From positions 1 to 25,496 of the IMG/VR virus record IMGVR_UViG_3300031519_006695: a DNA stretch of 25,496 nucleotides; one strand, written 5' to 3'. The notes below the pieces were generated by a model. That model did no database searches, was not told where the DNA came from, and was given only the letters and a program-made list of their open reading frames with translations. Made by a program: the position numbers and the translations under genes. The stretch comes from a virus (lineage: Duplodnaviria; Caudoviricetes). Below, one piece after another: positions 6,569 through 15,200 of the stretch; position 1 is the stretch's first letter, and each line of letters opens with the position of its first letter.

Positions 6569-9098
6569 TGTTTGCTATACTAACTGTTCCGGTACCTGTA
6601 AAGTTCCCAACAGTTAAAGTATCTTTTGAAGCGAAAGGAGTATATAAAATTCTATTCGTGTTTTCTGTAGGAACATATCCCGAAACACCACTAACTGCAA
6701 ACATAGCATTTAGTGTAGCCTCAGTTGGTTTTGATATAACTTTACTAATAAAATTATTAAACAATGCATACCCTAATGGATTATTTGTTAATACACCTGC
6801 TTGTGTTCTTGAATTATCATTCCATTCAGGAGATAAACTTCCTCCGTCAACGTATACTGAATAGTATTCCCACATTGCATAACATAACAAGTATTGATAT
6901 TCTCTTGCAATTGCAGCAAAGTATTCGTTTGAACCGTCGTCTAATGCACTATATCCTGAAACATCAAATACACTATTTGTAATAGCTTCTTGCATTGCAG
7001 CCATCATTGGGCCGGCGTTACCGCTTGTAATGTTTAGTTCATCTGGATATGCGTAATGTAATCCATGTTGACTAATAGTATGTAATACATGTTCTAGTAC
7101 TTCAGTAACCTGTCCACCAACGGTATATCCGCCCCAGTCAGCAATACCTGAACCACTTGCGTCATCGTCTGGAAATTCCCATACATAGTCTTTTGCTCTA
7201 TACGAAAATTCAGTATTTTGTAATCCCGGATAATTATTAGGTGCATCATCGTCTAAGAAAGATCGGGCATACTGTCCGCCATTAATGTAACCAATTCGTT
7301 GAACTGTTGGGCCTATGCCAAATCCGCCTTCGTTGTTTTCATTAGCCATACCGTCAATAGCCGCAGCTTGTTTTTCTTTGTCTATACCTGATGCTTCGGG
7401 ATCGAGTAATAATTGTATAGTCCGTGCAACTTTTTCTAAAAACGTGTCACTAATACCTTTAGCAGACACATCATATGGTCCATGCCCTAAAAGTTTTATT
7501 CCTCGTACAGTTAGTTCTTTAGTAAACGGTGGAAGCTCAGTAACTGTTTTAACTGAGCCAGATGAATAATTTATTGAATCTCCAATTTGCTGAATGCTGT
7601 CTTGGTCATCCCAATCATCAACAATACCGTTATATAGCTTGCTAGGTGTTGAGTTTTTAAATATCCAGGCTCGTGCTTGTGCAGGAGTCAGCCCTTTATT
7701 CTGCTCTAGTACAGTTGCTAATAGCCCGCAAACATTTGGTGATGCCATACTAGTTCCACTAATTTTAAATATATACTGATTTGAATCTAGTGGATGAGCT
7801 TGCCTATTATTATAGGACGCAGCTATATCATTTGTTGCACTTGGATTATCAGTTGAACTAGCACTCATAATTTCTGTTCCTGGTGCATAAATGTTTACGC
7901 CCGGACCACTACAACTACTTTCTGCTTTGTTTTCTAAATTACTTTGATAGTCTATGTCAATGTTACCAACGATGAATGCTTCTTCATCAAATGGACTTGA
8001 TCCTCGATGATAGTAACGAGTGATGCCGCCTATAGACAACCGATTATTATAATCTTGTCCGTTTGCGTTATCTATGTAATAGTAACTATTACCTGAAGCA
8101 ATACATATGTGTATTCCTGCATCTATCATTTCTTGCACATCAGTATCAACACTAGTTACTCTCGCATTAATTTTTCTATTACTACCAAGTTTGGGTATAA
8201 TACCTGCTGTTGCCCACATTTCATTATCTGTTGAATAATCAGCATCACCGTATGTCCAGGCAACACCCCTATACACCCCTGATGCCGGAGTAGAACTAGA
8301 AGAACCAGAATATCCCCAACTCATGTTTACTACTGTTGGTCTTTTAAATCCTGTTTCAGGATCTATTGGTTTGTTATTGTGCCAACCTTTAATAACGTCA
8401 AAGCACTGACTAATGCCAATACCTGTACCACTATCTCCGGTACCTTCTAAGCCATTGATTTTTACTGAATAAATTTGTGCGTCTTTTGCCCAGCCCATTG
8501 TGCGACCAGCTGCTGTTCCTGCAACGTGTGTACCATGACCGTCAAAGTCTCTATAATGATTTGCACTCTGTGTACCTGACACGCCACTAGCTGCAAACCA
8601 ATCAATTTGGTTTACTCTACTTACACCGTTAGCATCAGTAAATTCAATATGTCCTACATCAAGTCCACTATCTTGTATTACAACATCAACACCTTTGCCT
8701 GTTAGATTGTAATTAAACGGAAGTGTAGTTTCAGTTGCTTGATTCCATACATCTTCGCGATGTATTCCTCGCATCATTCCCCAGTTTAGATCAGTTGACG
8801 CATCAGCTGAAGTTTTGCGCCAGCTACCAAATTGTTGAGCACTAAATCCAATTTCTATGTCGTCTCTATCCTCTGGTCTTAATTCTACACCGTATACTCT
8901 AGCATCGTCAAGTAGTGCTGCAGCTTCTGCATCTTCTAACATGTAATGAGTATTACGCTGACTTAACGGCCTAGCATTTTCCACTGCAACAGTTCTGTTA
9001 GGAATGTCACCAGCACCAGTTGATGCGATCATTTCAGCATTAAATGCATCGTAATCAACACCGCGGTTAAGACTTACAATATATTCTTTTTCAGCCAT
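6564..9098 (-). CDS. Subtilisin-like (S8) serine protease with an additional C-terminal zincin-like domain, 844 aa
   Basis: Catalytic triad motifs GVDVVIQDSG (Asp about 8670), DGHGTHVAGTAAG (His about 8535) and SGTSMASPNV (Ser about 7750). Also VVNMSWG, oxyanion ASGN and an N-terminal propeptide-like EYIVSL segment. The second domain contains EVLEHVLH...AREY. Confidence 0.9.
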   Translation of the reverse strand: MAEKEYIVSLNRGVDYDAFNAEMIASTGAGDIPNRTVAVENARPLSQRNTHYMLEDAEAAALLDDARVYGVELRPEDRDDIEIGFSAQQFGSWRKTSADASTDLNWGMMRGIHREDVWNQATETTLPFNYNLTGKGVDVVIQDSGLDVGHIEFTDANGVSRVNQIDWFAASGVSGTQSANHYRDFDGHGTHVAGTAAGRTMGWAKDAQIYSVKINGLEGTGDSGTGIGISQCFDVIKGWHNNKPIDPETGFKRPTVVNMSWGYSGSSSSTPASGVYRGVAWTYGDADYSTDNEMWATAGIIPKLGSNRKINARVTSVDTDVQEMIDAGIHICIASGNSYYYIDNANGQDYNNRLSIGGITRYYHRGSSPFDEEAFIVGNIDIDYQSNLENKAESSCSGPGVNIYAPGTEIMSASSTDNPSATNDIAASYNNRQAHPLDSNQYIFKISGTSMASPNVCGLLATVLEQNKGLTPAQARAWIFKNSTPSKLYNGIVDDWDDQDSIQQIGDSINYSSGSVKTVTELPPFTKELTVRGIKLLGHGPYDVSAKGISDTFLEKVARTIQLLLDPEASGIDKEKQAAAIDGMANENNEGGFGIGPTVQRIGYINGGQYARSFLDDDAPNNYPGLQNTEFSYRAKDYVWEFPDDDASGSGIADWGGYTVGGQVTEVLEHVLHTISQHGLHYAYPDELNITSGNAGPMMAAMQEAITNSVFDVSGYSALDDGSNEYFAAIAREYQYLLCYAMWEYYSVYVDGGSLSPEWNDNSRTQAGVLTNNPLGYALFNNFISKVISKPTEATLNAMFAVSGVSGYVPTENTNRILYTPFASKDTLTVGNFTGTGTVSIANK

Positions 9099-9374
9099 TT
9101 ACGCAGTCCATGGCCTGCCAACAACAAGCCCTCCGCTGTTTGCATTATCTGTTAATGCACCTGTGTTACTTGAAGCATGATACCTAGTAGGTAATTGAGA
9201 AACAGTAAGAGTGTTTCTTGCCCTATATGATACTGCATCTGTATCTGTGCTACCACTAATTGTACCGTTTGCAGCCACTGTTTTACCTTCTCGCTTGGCT
9301 AATGCTTTTGCAAGTTTAGTGTCTTGTCTAGTACGTTTTAGTGTTAGTGTTGATATTCCATTTGCTGACATCAT
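9099..9374 (-). CDS. Hypothetical basic protein, 91 aa
   Basis: AGGAG SD overlapping the upstream TAG. Its stop directly abuts the protease ATG. Confidence 0.7.
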   Translation of the reverse strand: MMSANGISTLTLKRTRQDTKLAKALAKREGKTVAANGTISGSTDTDAVSYRARNTLTVSQLPTRYHASSNTGALTDNANSGGLVVGRPWTA

Positions 9375-9380
9375 AGTCTC

Positions 9381-11669
9381 CTAAACGATGTTAATTGTTG
9401 CACCCATACTAGTATGAGCAGTACATTGATAATATAAGTTAGCAGGTGCCGTCATTGGCACTATAAATGTTATAGTACCGTTTGATTGTGTATTGTTAGT
9501 TACACCAGTATTATATGCTGAACCACCGTTAGATACTCTAATTTCGAATGGATGTCCGACGGCGTTTACAATAAACTTATATGTTTCACCTCTTCTTAAA
9601 TAAAGTATAGGATCGTTAGCATTTGCAGTAAAGAATTTTGAGTCTGCTGCAAACACGTAGTCACTTGATCCGCTTGCTGTAATATTAAAAGAGTTTTCTA
9701 CAGTACCACCAAATGATCCTGCTATTGTTCCTGTAAATGTTGGACTAGTAAACATAGTTGCTTTAGATTCGTTTGTTACATTACTCAACCCAACCATTTG
9801 TTTTGTTACGCCACTAACTGTTCCTGTAAATGTTGGATCAGTAAACATATTAGTCTTTGATTCGTTTACAACATTACCAAGCCCGACCATACCTGCACTA
9901 ATACCAGCAACAGTTCCTGTAAATGTTGGACTTGCTAGTGTAGCAAATTCTGCTCCATTTGTTAACTGATTGGTGTTTGTCGGAATGTCTGTACTTAGTG
10001 CATTGTTAACCCATGAAGCGCCGGTATATACTTGTGTTCTGTTTACAGTTGAGTTATAAACAACATCACCTTTTGCTGGCGACAATGTATCTCTAACTGT
10101 TGTTGTTGCATTAAATAATCTTAACGCTCCATTTTGAATTCTTACTGCGCCTATTGCGTATAAGTCTAAAGTTGTAGCTGATCTGATTTCAGGAGTTCCT
10201 GCAGACAAGCTAACAAACTCTGTTGCTGTTATTTTGTTACTTACAACTAAGTCATTCTCTACAGTTAAGTCACTGCTTATTGTAACTGACGGTGTAATAG
10301 TAATGCCACTTGAATCATCAGTGTCGACAACACTAGAAGCAAACGTAAAGTTACCAATACTGCCGCCGCCACCGCTTTGTGCCACCCAGTCATAATCACT
10401 ACCTGTCCAACTTAAAACTTGGTTAGATGTTGCTGTACTTGTGTTTAAATGTACATCTATTTTAGCGTCAGTATAACCTTCTGTATCATTTGCAAGTTTA
10501 ACCCAAACGCCACCGTGTGCAAAGTAACCTGCTCCTTCTGCATGTACATGAGCAAACATGCCGTGATACGAACTAGCAGTTGGTAAATCAGCTTCAGTTG
10601 CATAAACATTAGAATATAGTATCTTGTTTGTGCCTACATTAAAATCACCAGTTAGTAAATCAGTAACTTGTGCTTTTGTAATACTTTTGTTAGTTAATGT
10701 ATCAATACTTGATGCAGTAATATAGGTACTTGTATCTGGTGGTGTGTACGTAAATACACCTGTTCCACTATTATAAGATAATGCACCGCTACCTGAGTTA
10801 CTAGCTGTAGTTATTGATAAGTCTGTTAATGCAACACCACCTGCTTCTGCAGAATTGACCCAGTTTGATCCATTATATTTTAAAACTTGTCCGTTACTGG
10901 GAGTAGTAATAATTGTGTCTGCAGAGTTGTTAAGCGAAGTAATATTTAAGTTAAACATTAATACACCATCAACTGATGGCATTCTTGCACTTGAATCTAG
11001 TTGCGGAATTTTGTTTGCTGTAGTTCCAACATCAACCGCTAACGTCCCTGCACCTGTAATAGTTCCACCAGTTAATCCTGTTCCTGCTACAACACTAGTA
11101 ACAGTACCCGTACCTGATGCTGTAATAGGTGTCCAGTAACTATTTGAATTATCCCAACTTAATAACTGTCCGTCTGTTGGAGTTGCTGCTCCGTTAACGT
11201 TTGCAACTTCAGCTAGTAACGAAGTAGTAGTTAATGCGTTAGTAATTCCATACCCTGAAGTAGTTGTAGGCTTTCCTGTAAGACTAGTAAATGTACCTGC
11301 GGTTGCTACTGGTGCCAAAGCAGGAGCACCTGTTAAACTAGAATACAGTCCGTTAAAACCGTCTGTAATTCCGTAGCCCGATAGTGTAGTAGGCGTGTCA
11401 GTAAGAGTAGAAAAAGCAGTTCCAGTTAATAAATTCTGTGTATCAGTTAGTTCGTTTATATCAGATGGTATTGTAGGTTTACTAGTTAAATCTGTGTATG
11501 CCCCACTAAATGGTGTTAAGGTAGTGCCTGCTAATATAAGTTGAGCAGTTTCTATAAAAGTTGCATTTCTAACTCCACCGTTAGCTAGGTCTAAGCTATC
11601 ACCATTTGGCAATTCCTTAAGACGGTTATTGTCGTTGGTGTCAATTATTATTGGGAATCTATTTGCCAT
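9381..11669 (-). CDS. Tail/virion fibre protein with a C-terminal cupredoxin-like domain, 762 aa
   Basis: T/G/S-rich fibre motifs (PTTLSGYGITD, PTTTSGYGITN, DGQLLSW, NGQVLKYNGSNWVN) and 31-aa repeats. The C-terminus carries GHPF...LYYQCTAHTSMG. Confidence 0.75.
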   Translation of the reverse strand: MANRFPIIIDTNDNNRLKELPNGDSLDLANGGVRNATFIETAQLILAGTTLTPFSGAYTDLTSKPTIPSDINELTDTQNLLTGTAFSTLTDTPTTLSGYGITDGFNGLYSSLTGAPALAPVATAGTFTSLTGKPTTTSGYGITNALTTTSLLAEVANVNGAATPTDGQLLSWDNSNSYWTPITASGTGTVTSVVAGTGLTGGTITGAGTLAVDVGTTANKIPQLDSSARMPSVDGVLMFNLNITSLNNSADTIITTPSNGQVLKYNGSNWVNSAEAGGVALTDLSITTASNSGSGALSYNSGTGVFTYTPPDTSTYITASSIDTLTNKSITKAQVTDLLTGDFNVGTNKILYSNVYATEADLPTASSYHGMFAHVHAEGAGYFAHGGVWVKLANDTEGYTDAKIDVHLNTSTATSNQVLSWTGSDYDWVAQSGGGGSIGNFTFASSVVDTDDSSGITITPSVTISSDLTVENDLVVSNKITATEFVSLSAGTPEIRSATTLDLYAIGAVRIQNGALRLFNATTTVRDTLSPAKGDVVYNSTVNRTQVYTGASWVNNALSTDIPTNTNQLTNGAEFATLASPTFTGTVAGISAGMVGLGNVVNESKTNMFTDPTFTGTVSGVTKQMVGLSNVTNESKATMFTSPTFTGTIAGSFGGTVENSFNITASGSSDYVFAADSKFFTANANDPILYLRRGETYKFIVNAVGHPFEIRVSNGGSAYNTGVTNNTQSNGTITFIVPMTAPANLYYQCTAHTSMGATINIV
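9727..9930. repeat. 93-bp-period tandem repeat (31 aa) in the fibre gene
   Basis: The exact 18-mer gttcctgtaaatgttgga occurs at 9727, 9820 and 9913. The protein unit is PTFTGTV.G....MVGL.NV.NESK..MFT. Confidence 0.85.
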
Positions 11670-11689
11670 TAGTTACATCCTGTTTTATA

Positions 11690-11700
11690 TATTTATCGTA
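11690..11700 (-). promoter_or_regulatory. Late promoter motif TACGATAAATA
   Basis: Intergenic, 20 nt upstream of the ATG at 11669. Identical to 5819-5829. Confidence 0.65.
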
Positions 11701-11705
11701 TCTCA

Positions 11706-12245
11706 TTATAGGTTCGCAATCCTAATCTTGAATGCTGCAAAGTCTGCACTTGCTGCAACTTCTGTTTTTAATGATGCAATACTTACGTAGCCGGGTATAG
11801 TACCGGCAATACCGTCTACTAATAGTGTACTGTTGTCTGCAAACACACTACCTGTTACGTCTCCAATTAATGGACCGTACAGCGTACCTGTTAGTCCGTC
11901 CATCATTAATTTTGAATCGTCTGCAAACACACTTCCTACAATGTCTTTTGCATATACAACGTTTCCACCAACTACTAAATCTCCCGAAGCTGTTCCACTT
12001 AGTCTCACACCGTTAATAAAAATAAAATCTTTAACATATAATTCAGACCATCGTTTTGTACTTGATCCTAAATTAAGTACATTGTCAGTTCTTGGGATTA
12101 TACTAGTTGTAAAGTCAGTTGTGTCAGTAAACGTGCCACTGTATAGTTCATCAAAGTTTTCATTTACTTTTGTAAACGCAGTACGTAATGGATCACCGTC
12201 TCCTTTGTTTTGAGACTTTCCAGTATTAATTATTTGCTTTGCCAT
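11706..12245 (-). CDS. Baseplate/fibre-associated protein with a T4 gp9/gp10-like N-terminus, 179 aa
   Basis: MAKQIINTGKSQNKGDGDPLRTAFTKVNENFDELY, then IIP.....LNLGSSTKRWSELY and two GSVFAD.S repeats. The start is coupled to the upstream stop (TAATG). Confidence 0.65.
   Translation of the reverse strand: MAKQIINTGKSQNKGDGDPLRTAFTKVNENFDELYSGTFTDTTDFTTSIIPRTDNVLNLGSSTKRWSELYVKDFIFINGVRLSGTASGDLVVGGNVVYAKDIVGSVFADDSKLMMDGLTGTLYGPLIGDVTGSVFADNSTLLVDGIAGTIPGYVSIASLKTEVAASADFAAFKIRIANL
11835..11933. repeat. 84-bp-period duplication encoding GSVFADxS
   Basis: gtctgcaaacacact occurs at 11835 and 11919. Confidence 0.7.
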
Positions 12246-15200
12246 TATACTTTCCCTACGATAATTTCAATAGTATTCTTGCCGTTGTCGGATTTATTTT
12301 CTAACGACTTACCTATTACAGTTCCTGGTCTAGGATTATTATTTACAACAGCATATCCAGGAACTGCACTAGCAACTAATATATCGCCTTTTTCTATAAT
12401 ACCAAACACCTTACAAGGTACTCGACCAGTTAGTGCTATATCAGTAGGATAGTTACCGTCAAGTTCTGAATTCATTAAGTAAGCTGGATTAGTTGAAACA
12501 ACTCCAACTACTCTATGATCATCTTTAACAGATGCTATTGTGATTTCTTCTGCTCCCCCAAGTACAACTACTGTTCCTGGCTCGTATACTGCGTCTGCTA
12601 AGTATTTTTCAGCTAAGTCAGCATACCTTGCTGTAGTAGCCGTACCTGAAAAAGTAGTAGCATAAATTGTGTTAAACTTTAATGGTGTTCCGCCAGCTTG
12701 TCCTAAATTAATAGTATTATCAGCATTTGGTAATATGTCGGCATTAACTCTACCAGTAATAGTAACAGTATCAGTTGCTCCGTTTCCTAATGTTGTATTA
12801 CCTTCTACTGCAAAATTATTAGTTATAGTGGTAGTTGCATCTGCAACTTGTACTCTCACAGCTCCACCTGTTATAACTTGAATAACATCAGCTGCTGCTC
12901 CAGCAAATCCTGTTCCTGCACCAAGACCAATTCCTGTTCCTGTTGCATCTCTTTCACTATTGGCTTCAATAAAATTAGTATATGTCCAATCTACAGCTGC
13001 AAACGAATTTGCTGTATAAGATGATCCCGCTTGGAATGTTGACTGTGTAGAAATACCTGTTGCACCAATGTCTACGTTACCTGGAATATTAACAACTGGA
13101 TAAGTTACACTAGGACTTACACTTCCACCTGTTGCTGTAAGTATTGTACCTTGAGCTGGTGTTTTAAGTGTAAGTGTTCCTGAACTTTCTGATAAGATTT
13201 CGTAAGTATCAGTACCACCAATTATGAAACTGTTTGCTTGGATTGCTCCTGATGTTTTTCTTCGTACTATAGTATCACCAGTTGAACTAGTTGACACTGT
13301 AGAAACTCCGTAATTTCCACTTGATAGTTTTACTAGTACTGCACCTGGAAATCCTGCATCAGTTGACGTAATAGTATTTGTAAAATCATTATCTACAAGT
13401 CCGCCACCTGCAACTAGTGCATTAGCAAACGTTATTTCTTGAACGTTTCCTATTCCTGCTGTTGTTCTACCTAAAACGCTTCCTGAACTAATTGTTGTGA
13501 GCTCAGTAACAGCAATACCACCTGATTTAATTCTAACATACCCACTTGTAGTTTCAAAGTTCTCATCACTAAATTTAGCAAGTCCTAAATCAGCTTGTAC
13601 TTTAGTAGCTGAACCTGCCCAACCTGTTGTAGCGTTATCTTCGTCAAATGTATCAGCAGATGTTAATGATAATTTACTTTGTGCAATTGCTGCACTTGCA
13701 TTAACATCTGCATTTATAATTGCACCTGCAGCAATTTGTAAATCAATTTCTGTTTCTGATGCTGTTCTTGTTGCAGTAATATTAATATCACTACCAGAAG
13801 CTTCAACGCCATTTGAAAATTCGTCCATAGGCTCAGTTAATACTGTTGCTGTTGCGGTTAAGTTAGTTAACGAATTTCCTAAACTAAAAGTTCCTGCAAC
13901 CGCAGTGTACGAAACAATACTAACACTATATGAATTACCTACAGTTCCTAGTATTTGATCTGTTGTAGTTTCTATATCTATAATTGTGCCGTTAATTGCA
14001 GCATTGCCAACTAGTTGTATTGTATCGCCAGCTGTCCAGGTTCCTCCGCTTGGTGGCGATATATAAATTCTTTTCCTACCAGTAGCAACAATCAAATCGT
14101 CCTTAGCTGGATTATTAATTTCAACACTTCTTAGTTTTTCAAGTGTATCGAATTCTCCAACTCTTGCATCTACATAGTTTTTATTTGTAGCTGCTGTACC
14201 ATCTGTTCCAGGATTTGCAACACCAGTAACTAAGTTAGTACCCATTTGTAAGGTACCTTCCATAGGCCATGCACCATCTAATGGAACATATCCTGCACCA
14301 ATTCTGTTACCTCCCGGTGCTGCTGCTACTTGAGACCCACCTACTGTGCCTCCAAGTCGTCTATTTAAATATGCAACAACTGATTTTTCTGTTGGAACTG
14401 CACTACCAGATTCGTCAGCCATTGTTTCGTCTGCTGAGAATTCATTAATAGTAACACCTTTAGTAAATCCAAGTGCGTTAGCGTTAGATAATCCAATCTC
14501 TCCTGAGAACGTAATTAATCCTGTTGCTTGGTCTACACTAAAGAATTTACCAACTCTAAAGAATCCGTATTGGTCAGTGCTTACAAAGAACACACGACCT
14601 TTACGCCGTTCCCAAACTTGTGATGCTGTTGAGGAAGAAGCTGATGTATAAAATTCAGCTAAACTATTTTCTGCTTTACCTAAGATAATATTTGGATAGT
14701 TACTATCATTAAATGATCCAGTACCAATATTTGTAAAGTCGTGTCCTGTTGCTCTAACAAGCGATATTGAAACTGTTAGTTCTGCTGTTGAAGCTCCAAC
14801 AATCCCTAGTTTAATTAGTTCGCCAACTGATGTTGAAAATGCAGAGTTTATTCCAGTTCCTGCATAACTAGAATTAATGTTCGTTCCTGCTATATCAGCA
14901 ATAGTAATATACCCAACAGTTGAATCACTTTCGTAATTTGTTACTTGATGCGTTTTACCATTATGTGTAAATATCATTCCGCCTGCATAACCGCCGTCGC
15001 CTGGCTGTAATCCTGCAAGGTCTCTAGTAATTCTAGTTATGTCTGATGAGTTAGTTAATTGGTTAATAGCAATTACTGTAGCACCTTGTGCATCACCAAA
15101 TCCTTGAAGGTTTAGAATATTTGTAGTAATATTTAAAGTTTCAAATTCTGTATCTAATGTAGTATAGATACTATTTGCTCCTACTGGAACTCCGTACGCA

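Noticed and set aside
5832-9383. Genome-wide TAG or TGA stop-codon reassignment
   Set aside because: Long genes are open in the standard code, and TAG stops fall at natural protein ends (fibre, kdsA, queD).
9727-11933. Repeats as a CRISPR array or as DGR template/variable repeats
   Set aside because: The repeats are in-frame coding units with homologous spacers. I saw no adenine-specific mismatch pair, reverse transcriptase or cas gene in the window.
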